This document shows, piece after piece, positions 26,307 to 33,712 of a stretch of DNA of 36,465 nt (positions within the stretch are counted from its first letter, which is position 1; every line of letters begins with the position of its first letter). Made by a program: the position numbers and the translations under genes. The DNA is from a virus (lineage: Duplodnaviria; Caudoviricetes). Below the pieces are notes generated by a model. It had not been told where the DNA came from, did not search any database, and saw nothing but the letters and a program-made list of their open reading frames with translations. The DNA lies in the IMG/VR virus record IMGVR_UViG_3300022181_000006, positions 1 to 36,465 of that record. One strand, written 5' to 3'.

Positions 26307-26741
26307 ATGCCCTACTGCACTCTGAGCGACATCCTCGGCCGAATCGACGAAACCACGGTGATCCAGCTCACCGACGACGAAGGCACCGGCGCCGTGGTGA
26401 CCGAGCGCGTGGATCAGGCGATTGCCGATGCCGACGAGGAGATAAACGGATACGTGGGCACACGCTACGCCGTGCCCATGAACCCGGTGCCGGCGATTCT
26501 GCGCAAACTCTCCGTCGATATCGCGATCCACAATCTCTTTGGCCGCCGAAGCCGAAAAGAGCCCGAGGAGCGGGCCGAGCGCTACAAGGGCGCGGTCGAC
26601 CTGCTCAAACAGATCGCCCTGGGGAAATTCAGCCTGGGGCCGTCCGACCCGGACGGCAATCCTCCGGCGTCCGATGCGCCGGAAATGTCTGCGGACAATC
26701 CCGAACGGGCGTTCACGCGCGACTCGATGAAAGGATTCTGA
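26307..26741 (+). CDS. Mu gp36-like (DUF1320) head-tail adaptor
   Basis: MPYCT...AIADADEEINGYVGTRYAVP...DIAIHNL...RYKGAVDLL. Confidence 0.9.
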   Translation: MPYCTLSDILGRIDETTVIQLTDDEGTGAVVTERVDQAIADADEEINGYVGTRYAVPMNPVPAILRKLSVDIAIHNLFGRRSRKEPEERAERYKGAVDLLKQIALGKFSLGPSDPDGNPPASDAPEMSADNPERAFTRDSMKGF

Positions 26742-26743
26742 CC

Positions 26744-27193
26744 GTGCCCACGCTGACCGAAATCGAGAACGTCATCGTTGCGCGCCTGGCCGCTCAGATC
26801 CCCTACCTGAAAACCTGCGGCACGTTGGCGGAATTCCTGGCCAAAGACCTCGACCAAGTAGAAGAGATTGGACGTCAATTGCCGGCAGTTTACGCGGCAT
26901 ATGAGGGCGGGGAATTCGAACACAAGATGTCGGGCGTCCAGGACCTCACGATGACGTTCACCATCGTCGCCGTGGTCGCGAACTACCGGGGCGAGGAGGC
27001 CGTGCGTCACGGCATGGGCGCGGAAAAAGGCGTCTACGACCTTCTGCACGATATCCGCGCGGCCCTCTCCGACCAGGATTGCGGCATCGAGATCGACCCC
27101 TTGTTGCCGCTCCGCGAGGGCGCAATCGACGGTAGCGGATCGCTGCAAATCTACGGCATCACGTTTCAAACCAGGTGCCGGGCAACGCTTTAA
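26744..27193 (+). CDS. Mu gp37-like tail completion protein
   Basis: EIENVIVARL...LPAVYAAY...GVYDLLHDIRAAL; position. Confidence 0.75.
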   Translation: MPTLTEIENVIVARLAAQIPYLKTCGTLAEFLAKDLDQVEEIGRQLPAVYAAYEGGEFEHKMSGVQDLTMTFTIVAVVANYRGEEAVRHGMGAEKGVYDLLHDIRAALSDQDCGIEIDPLLPLREGAIDGSGSLQIYGITFQTRCRATL

Positions 27194-27204
27194 GGAGAAC
27201 CTCG

Positions 27205-27378
27205 ATGCGTAAACACAAAACCGACGACAAAATTCACGAGCAGCCCGCCGGCATGACCATCCAGGTACGCTCCGGCGGACAATTCCTGATCGATCCGGAG
27301 ACGCCGGCGGAAACGGAACGGACCCTCGCGGAGCCGGCCGCGGCCGAGGAGGGAGGCAACCCCGATGCTCACACGTAA
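27205..27378 (+). CDS. small hypothetical protein
   Basis: taaggag RBS; GGQFLIDPET; precedes tail tube gene. Confidence 0.55.
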   Translation: MRKHKTDDKIHEQPAGMTIQVRSGGQFLIDPETPAETERTLAEPAAAEEGGNPDAHT

Positions 27379-28297
27379 AACCGTAATCCTCGTCAAGCCC
27401 GAAGCCACGTACGGCGTGGACCCCGTGCCGACTCCGACCAACAACGCGCTCCTGGTGAGCGACGTCGATCTCAAAATCCAGGGCGAAGTGATCGAGCGCG
27501 ACTTCATCCGCTCATCGCTGAGCCCCCTGATGTTCATGCGCGGCATCCGCCAGGTGGAGCTCAGTTTCCGCACGGAACTGCACGGAAGCACGGCCCGGGG
27601 AACCCTGCCCAACACCGGCTGGACGGGGGCGCTCTTTCGCGCCTGCGGCATGTCCGAAACCGTGACGGCAAACACCTCCATCGTCTACGCCCCCGTGTCC
27701 GCCGGGTTCGAATCGTGCGCGATCTACGTCTACATGGACGGCATCTTCCACAAGGTTTTGGGGTGCCGCGGGAGCTTCAAGCTCAACTTCGAGGTGGGCA
27801 AGTACCCGACGGCCGAATTCACCATGAAGGGCCTCTACGAGTCGCCAACCGACGCCTCGCCCGGGGCGCAGACCTTCGCGGCCACGAAGCCCGTTCCGGT
27901 GCTGAGCGCCGGGTTTTCCTTCGGCGGCTACTCGGCCGTTGCGACCAAGCTCGAAATCGACATCAACAACGACGTCAAGGAACGAAAATCCCTCAATTCG
28001 GCCTCGGGGATCATCGGGTTTGAAATCGTCGGGCGGCAGCCTCAAGGCTCCTTCGACCCGGAGGCGGTCCTCGAGGCCGCGCATCCCTTCTGGGCCAACT
28101 GGGAAGATGCCGTGGCCAGAATCCTCAACATCGGCCCCATCGGCACCGTGGAGGGGAACATCCTGACCGTGAACTGCCCGAAAGCCCAGCTCAGGGACAT
28201 GACCTACGCGGATCGCAACGGCGTCATGGCCTACGCTGTACCCCTCGCCCTGGCCATGACCGACGGCGACGACGAGCTCACCATCACCATTACCTGA
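27365..28297 (+). CDS. tail tube (major tail) protein, siphovirus type
   Basis: EATYGVDP, LFRACGMSE, GCRGSF, DELTIT; no sheath gene present. Confidence 0.85.
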   Translation: MLTRKTVILVKPEATYGVDPVPTPTNNALLVSDVDLKIQGEVIERDFIRSSLSPLMFMRGIRQVELSFRTELHGSTARGTLPNTGWTGALFRACGMSETVTANTSIVYAPVSAGFESCAIYVYMDGIFHKVLGCRGSFKLNFEVGKYPTAEFTMKGLYESPTDASPGAQTFAATKPVPVLSAGFSFGGYSAVATKLEIDINNDVKERKSLNSASGIIGFEIVGRQPQGSFDPEAVLEAAHPFWANWEDAVARILNIGPIGTVEGNILTVNCPKAQLRDMTYADRNGVMAYAVPLALAMTDGDDELTITIT

Positions 28298-28356
28298 TGA
28301 CGCTCCGGCCGACGCGGAAGCCGATGCCGCAAAGACTGAAGATGAAAGGAGAATCG

Positions 28357-28749
28357 ATGCGCGACCTGTCCGCACAGAAAAACATCGTTGAAATCCAGGA
28401 CGGAATCTCGGGCGACGTCCACGAGATGCACTACCGGCCGCCCACCACCGAGGAAATCGCCGCCTACCAGAACGGCCTATTCGAGCGGCGCGGCCGGAAA
28501 CTCCGGAGCCGGATCACGGAAAACCGCATCAAATTCGGCGCCCGCATCCTGGCCGGCTTCAAGAAAGGCACTTTCGGGTGCGACGGAAGACCGTTTGCGA
28601 GCGATCCGGCCGACCCCGATTACCGCGAGGACTGGAAAGAGCAGCTCGTGAAAAACGCCCCGGACGTCGTGTGCGCCGTCGCCCTGGTCGCCTTCGAATC
28701 GACGGGCGTCTCGCGGGAGGCCGAGCTTGAGGCCCCTTTGGACGAATAG
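28357..28749 (+). CDS. tail assembly chaperone (G-like)
   Basis: aaggag RBS; between tube and tape measure. Confidence 0.75.
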   Translation: MRDLSAQKNIVEIQDGISGDVHEMHYRPPTTEEIAAYQNGLFERRGRKLRSRITENRIKFGARILAGFKKGTFGCDGRPFASDPADPDYREDWKEQLVKNAPDVVCAVALVAFESTGVSREAELEAPLDE

Positions 28750-29036
28750 ACTTGGAGGCCGAGATAGAGGAGTTGCTCCGGGAGACGTGCGACCCCAAGA
28801 CCGTCAAGGATTGCGAAGGGCGAAACCTCCCGGTGCTTTGCACGAAATGTGAGAAAAACCCGAAGCGCCGGCGCAAGATCGGGCCGTATGTCGAGCGGCT
28901 CTACACGGTCCACCTGCTCCAGGCGGCGGGCTTTCCGTTCGCGGCCGACGCCTTCTCTTACGGGTTCTGGCTGGATTTGGCCCTCTTGAAGCAGAAGATC
29001 CGGGCCAGGCAGGCGTGCCCGATGGGCGGGTTCTGA
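28734..29036 (+). CDS. tail chaperone GT extension reached by -1 frameshift
   Basis: slippery C CCT TTG at 28734-28740; -1 frame reads ccc ttt gga cga ata gac ttg gag into ORF 28752-29036. Confidence 0.7.
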   Translation, partial: PFGRIDLEAEIEELLRETCDPKTVKDCEGRNLPVLCTKCEKNPKRRRKIGPYVERLYTVHLLQAAGFPFAADAFSYGFWLDLALLKQKIRARQACPMGGF

Positions 29037-29110
29037 GGACCTGGGATGGCGGGTCGTGCGCGAGCACACGGCATGCGTGTTTCAGCGCGGTGTCACCCAA
29101 CGCTTCAAAA

Positions 29111-29189
29111 CGTGGCGCCGTAGCGGCGTAGCGTGAGGCTGCTTTGGCTTTTCTTTTCTTTACTCACGCCACGGCGCAACGACGCAACG
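29111..29189. repeat. 27-bp imperfect inverted repeat built of 8-nt units
   Basis: cgtggcgccgtagcggcgtagcgtgag (29111-29137) / ctcacgccacggcgcaacgacgcaacg (29163-29189); 22 of 27 positions pair. Confidence 0.8.
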
Positions 29190-29236
29190 AAAACCGGCGG
29201 CTTTGAACGGGCCTCCGGATAAGGGAAGCAGCTTCT

Positions 29237-31879
29237 ATGGCGGAAAACAGGGTCCAGATTGTGATCACCACGGACAACCGGGGAGCCGTCACCGGCATCC
29301 GCCAGGTGGGGTCCGAGCTGGATCGGATGGGCGGATCCGGGGCAAATTCCGTATCCAGCCTCGATAGAGGCTTCACGTCGCTGAGTGGAACGCTGAAAGC
29401 CACCCTCAGCCTGGTCATGGGTTTCACGGCGGCATTGGCGGGAGGTTTGGAACTGACGGCATTCGCGCGAGACTTGGTGCATACCGCCACCGCTCTCGAC
29501 ACAATGAACAACAAGCTGAAGTTTGCCGTCGGGAAAGAAGAGGCCGCGCGATCGCTGCAGTTCTTACGGGAGGAAAGCCGGCGCCTGGGCCTCGATATGA
29601 TGACTGCCGCAGATTCGCTGGGCTCATTTTCCGCCGCCGCTCGCGGCACCTCTATGGACGTGCAGACCATAAGGCAAGTTTTCCTTGCCGTGGCCGAAGC
29701 TTCCACGGTGATGGGCTTGAGCAACGAGGAAGCCAAGGGCGCAATGACCGCCCTCTCACAAATCATGAGCAAGGGGAAAGTCCAGGCAGAAGAGCTCAGG
29801 GGCCAATTGGGCGAGCGACTGCCCGGCGCCTTTCAGATAGCCGCCCGCGCCATGAACATGACCACGTCGGAACTCGACAAGCTTATGTCCGACGGCAAGC
29901 TGATCGCCTCCGATTTTCTGCCCAAATTCGCGGCCCAACTCAGATCGGAGCTTGCCGGATCGGTGAAGGATGCCGGCAACTCGACCAGGTCGGAACTCAA
30001 CCGGCTCTCAAACGCCTGGCTCGACCTCAAGCAAGCAATGCTCGATGCCGGATTCCTCTCGACAATCACCGAAGCATTGCAGGCATTGGCGGCTGGGGCA
30101 CGATCCGGTGCGGCCGCCATCAAAAGCCTAAAGGAGACCACAAAGGACTGGCCGATCGGGATTTTCGACATCCTCCGTCCGGGAGGAATTCCCGGGGCCA
30201 TTGGCCAATACGTAGGCCGGAAGGCTCGAGATACGTTCTTCCCGCAGCCGTCCCAAGGACCGGTACGGCGTCCGATCCAGGTCCCCGAGATAATCGGACA
30301 GTACAAGTATGATCCCGAAGAGGCCTTCTACGCCGGGCTAAAAGGTGCGCAAGGACGGGCGGCACAATTCCTCGATGACCTGGGCAAGTGGGCCGAATCC
30401 GCAAAGGAGAAAACCAAGCCCGCTTGGCAGGAACTGAGGGAAAACCTGGCAAAGACCGACCAGGCATTGGCTTATGGCAAGATGACGACCGAAGAAGCCG
30501 GCAATGCTTACAAAAAATACTGGCAGGACTATGCCAAGACCGCCAAACCCAAAGGCGCCGCCTCCGGCGCATCCCCCATCGACATCGAGGCGATCGACAG
30601 GGACATCCTCCAGTTCCGCGAAAAGATGCAAAAGCTCTACTCCGAGCTCGAAGATCTCGACTCCGAATACCGGATCGCCCGACTCGAACAATCCGGGCGC
30701 TTCTACGACGCCGAAGCCGAGCGCCTGGACCGACAGGCCGCAAAGCGCAAGGAGGCCTTCGCCAAGGAGGTTGCCGACGCCGAGCAGGCGTACCTGGAGA
30801 TGGAGCAGAAACTCTCCGGGGGCCGGGGCGGAACCGCCGAGGCGTGGGCTCAGCTTGCCGAGCTTAAAAGCAAATGGGATGCCGCAAAGAAAGCGGCCCA
30901 GGAATACGGCGATAAGATCGACCGCAACCTGCAGCTCACCAAGGACGTGAAAAAGGCCGAAGACGACGCCAAGCGCGCCGAGGATCTCGCCCAACTGAAC
31001 CTCGAATACGGCAAGCTCACCGGCACCCTCCAGGAGCAGCTCGCCCTCCAGATCCTCTTGCTCCGGGCCGAAAAGGACCGAAAGCTCCTCGCGGCCGACC
31101 CGGCCCTGCGCGCCGCCGTCGAGCGCAACTACGCCGCGATGGAAAAAGAGCTTATCATCGAGCGCTCCGGCTCCTTTTGGGACAACTTCTTTCTTGCGGC
31201 CGAGAAATACAAAAGAACCCTTCCCGCCATCGGCCAGATGGGCAAGAGCGCCTTCGAAACGCTCGTTCGCGGCATCGAATCCGCCTCCGACGCCCTGGCC
31301 CAGTTCACCATGACCGGGGAGATGGATTTCGAGAACTTCTCCAATTCGATCCTGCGAGACATCCTGCGCATGCAATACCAGGCCCTGCTCACGCAGATGA
31401 TCCTGGGGTCCGCCGGGTCGGCCTCCGGAGGCGGCGGGATCCTCGGGTGGATCATGGACCTTTTCAAGGGCGGCGGGATGACGACGGCGAGCGGCCGCTA
31501 CTGGGACAGCAGCATGAATTTCTACGAGCATCACTCGGGCGGGATCGCCGGAGGATCGGGGTCTTCGACCAGGAACGCCCCGGCGTGGTTGCTATCCCGC
31601 GCCCCGCGCCTCCACGACGGGCTCGCCCCGGATGAGTTCCCGGCGATCCTGCAGCGCGGCGAGCGCGTGCTCTCGCGCCGCGAAACCCGAGAATACGGCG
31701 CCGCAAACCGTGCCCCGGAGGTCGTCGTGAACGTCCAGAACAAGACGAACACGCCGGTCACGGCGGAGAAGACCCGCGCGGCCTTCGACGGCAAACGCTA
31801 CGTGGTCGACGTGATCCTCGACGACTACAGCCGCGGGGGAGACGTCTGGAAGATGATCAGGGGGAACCGCAATGGCTGA
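29237..31879 (+). CDS. tail tape measure protein
   Basis: 880 aa Ala-rich helical; ALSQIMSKGKVQAEELRGQLGERLPGA domain; lambda-type DALAQFTMTGEMDFENFSNSILRDI; DEFPAILQRGERVL. Confidence 0.95.
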   Translation: MAENRVQIVITTDNRGAVTGIRQVGSELDRMGGSGANSVSSLDRGFTSLSGTLKATLSLVMGFTAALAGGLELTAFARDLVHTATALDTMNNKLKFAVGKEEAARSLQFLREESRRLGLDMMTAADSLGSFSAAARGTSMDVQTIRQVFLAVAEASTVMGLSNEEAKGAMTALSQIMSKGKVQAEELRGQLGERLPGAFQIAARAMNMTTSELDKLMSDGKLIASDFLPKFAAQLRSELAGSVKDAGNSTRSELNRLSNAWLDLKQAMLDAGFLSTITEALQALAAGARSGAAAIKSLKETTKDWPIGIFDILRPGGIPGAIGQYVGRKARDTFFPQPSQGPVRRPIQVPEIIGQYKYDPEEAFYAGLKGAQGRAAQFLDDLGKWAESAKEKTKPAWQELRENLAKTDQALAYGKMTTEEAGNAYKKYWQDYAKTAKPKGAASGASPIDIEAIDRDILQFREKMQKLYSELEDLDSEYRIARLEQSGRFYDAEAERLDRQAAKRKEAFAKEVADAEQAYLEMEQKLSGGRGGTAEAWAQLAELKSKWDAAKKAAQEYGDKIDRNLQLTKDVKKAEDDAKRAEDLAQLNLEYGKLTGTLQEQLALQILLLRAEKDRKLLAADPALRAAVERNYAAMEKELIIERSGSFWDNFFLAAEKYKRTLPAIGQMGKSAFETLVRGIESASDALAQFTMTGEMDFENFSNSILRDILRMQYQALLTQMILGSAGSASGGGGILGWIMDLFKGGGMTTASGRYWDSSMNFYEHHSGGIAGGSGSSTRNAPAWLLSRAPRLHDGLAPDEFPAILQRGERVLSRRETREYGAANRAPEVVVNVQNKTNTPVTAEKTRAAFDGKRYVVDVILDDYSRGGDVWKMIRGNRNG

Positions 31880-32222
31880 TTTCCCAACGTTTGACACGAC
31901 GCCCGCAATCGATTCCTGGTCCGAGGAAAAAGCCTTCGACCCCACCATCCGGGCGCGATCCGAGGCCGGCTACACCAAGACGCGCGCGCGCACCACGCGC
32001 ATCCCCAAAAAATACACCGTGGTTTACTCGCCGCTCCACCTCTTCGACAAGACGGCCGTGGCGGACTTCGAGGACATGGTCAAAGTCGGGGCCGATTCCT
32101 TCAACTGGACCCATCCCATCGACGGCGCGATCCGGGTGGTGCGCTTCGCCGAGCCGGTCAAGTACACGGCCCTCTGGCACAAAACCTGGTGGAAGGTCGA
32201 AATGACCCTGGAGGAAGTCTAG
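31872..32222 (+). CDS. distal tail protein (lambda gpM-like)
   Basis: 116 aa after tape measure; GADSFNWTHP, VRF, MTLEEV. Confidence 0.8.
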   Translation: MADFPTFDTTPAIDSWSEEKAFDPTIRARSEAGYTKTRARTTRIPKKYTVVYSPLHLFDKTAVADFEDMVKVGADSFNWTHPIDGAIRVVRFAEPVKYTALWHKTWWKVEMTLEEV

Positions 32223-32224
32223 CC

Positions 32225-32836
32225 GTGAAATCCATCCCCGCCGTGCTGGTCCGCGAGAAGAACAAGCTGGCCACGCCCAACCCGTGGATCGTGCTCCTCG
32301 ACATCGTGCTCGATGCGACGCACAAGCTCTATTTTTGCAGCAACAACCAGAACGTCACCTGGAGCGGCCGGGTTTATACGGCCTTCCCGTTCCTCCTGGA
32401 GGCCACCGAGGAGAACAGCAAGGGGGAGATCCCGTCGGTGTCCCTCAAGGTCGCAAACGTCACGCAGGTGATCCACGCCTACCTGGAGCAGCTCGACGGC
32501 GCCGTCGGGGCGACGGTCACCATCCGCGTGGTGAACGCCGGCTACCTTTCCGAGGACGCCTCCGAGCTGGACATGACCTTCACGGTGGTCTCGACTTCGG
32601 CCGACGCCGAGTGGATCGTCTTCACGCTGGGAGCGCCCAACCCCTTGAGGCGCAGGTTTCCCCCGTTCCGGTTCATCGCAAAGCACTGCCACTGGGAATT
32701 CAAGGGCCATGAATGCGGCTACTCCGGGGCCTTCGCGGATTGCGACCGGAGCTTCGAGAACTGCGAGGAGCGGTCCAACACGCGCCGGTTCGGCGGCTAC
32801 CGGGGCCTCTCCGAGAAGGGATGGAGGGCGGCGTGA
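32225..32836 (+). CDS. minor tail protein L-like
   Basis: GTG start; YTAFPF; C-terminal CHWEFKGHECGY...CDRSFENC Cys cluster, RFGGY. Confidence 0.85.
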   Translation: MKSIPAVLVREKNKLATPNPWIVLLDIVLDATHKLYFCSNNQNVTWSGRVYTAFPFLLEATEENSKGEIPSVSLKVANVTQVIHAYLEQLDGAVGATVTIRVVNAGYLSEDASELDMTFTVVSTSADAEWIVFTLGAPNPLRRRFPPFRFIAKHCHWEFKGHECGYSGAFADCDRSFENCEERSNTRRFGGYRGLSEKGWRAA

Positions 32837-33315
32837 TGCGAGGACCATGCGGAACCCTGCCATCCGGCATTCCGGCAACCCACGGGTCGCTCACCTACGT
32901 CGATCTTCTGGGCAAGCCCTTCGAGCTCGGCGGGCGCGGGCCGGACGCCTACGATTGCTACGGCCTGGCCGCAGAAATCCGCCGGCGGGTCGGCCGCCCC
33001 ATCCCGGAGGATTACACTCACGGCCGGGACGCTCGAAGCTGCCACCTCGAAATCGCGCGGGCCGCCGCGGTCTGCTTTGTCGAGCTCGCCTCGCCGGAGC
33101 CCTTTTGCCTGGTAAGCTTCCGGATCGTTGCGCCCTTCACGTCGCACATCGGAGTGGTCCTGGCCGACCGCTTCCGGTTCATCCACATCATGCGCGGATG
33201 CCGCGTGGCCGTCGAACGGCTCGATTCCCCATCCTGGCATCACCGCATCACGGGGTTCTGGGAAATGAGGAACTGCCAAGATGGATCTTTCAAGCACAAA
33301 AGAGCGGGGGAATGA
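32836..33315 (+). CDS. NlpC/P60 tail protein (gpK-like)
   Basis: GKPFELGGRGPDAYDCYGL, HIGV, FIH. Confidence 0.9.
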   Translation: MRGPCGTLPSGIPATHGSLTYVDLLGKPFELGGRGPDAYDCYGLAAEIRRRVGRPIPEDYTHGRDARSCHLEIARAAAVCFVELASPEPFCLVSFRIVAPFTSHIGVVLADRFRFIHIMRGCRVAVERLDSPSWHHRITGFWEMRNCQDGSFKHKRAGE

Positions 33316-33462
33316 TTCCCCCGCACCCCCCAGGTTTCGGCCACACGCGCAAGCGCGTGAGGCCGAGTGCTCGGCGCTGTCGGCGACCGGCCGAAGGCCG
33401 CCGCCGCAGCGCCACACGAAGCCGCGAAGCGGCGCGGGGGTGTGGGGGACACGTCCCCCACG
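33304..33462. repeat. REP/REPIN-like multi-hairpin palindromic element
   Basis: inverted terminal units GGGGGTGYGGGGGA-hairpin enclosing three internal hairpins, two with GAA loops. Confidence 0.75.
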
Positions 33463-33559
33463 CTTTTAGAGTATCATTTTGAACGCAATCCGTATCAGAC
33501 GTTTTTCGTAGCTCTTCCCGGACCCTGGGAGACAACAGCTTACAAAAGAAAGGGGCGAT

Positions 33560-33712
33560 ATGCTGTCCAAACTGAAGGGGCTGATCGCAAAATGGATCAT
33601 CCAAACCGTCATTGACGACTACAAACGCGGCGGCCCCATCTGGCGGCTGTTGAGAACCGTCGCGCGGTGCGAGTCGAGAGCTTCCCGACATCTTTCCAAC
33701 GGAGATCGTTGA
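33560..33712 (+). CDS. 50-aa protein resembling the tape measure C-terminal motif (not in ORF track)
   Basis: aaagggg RBS; MLSKLKGLIAKWIIQTVIDDYKRGGPIWRLLRTVARCESRASRHLSNGDR; TGATG coupling to next gene. Confidence 0.65.
   Translation: MLSKLKGLIAKWIIQTVIDDYKRGGPIWRLLRTVARCESRASRHLSNGDR

Noticed and set aside
27365-28297. Contractile Mu-type tail sheath
   Set aside because: Too short and tube-like; downstream genes are lambda-like M/L/K/J rather than baseplate genes.
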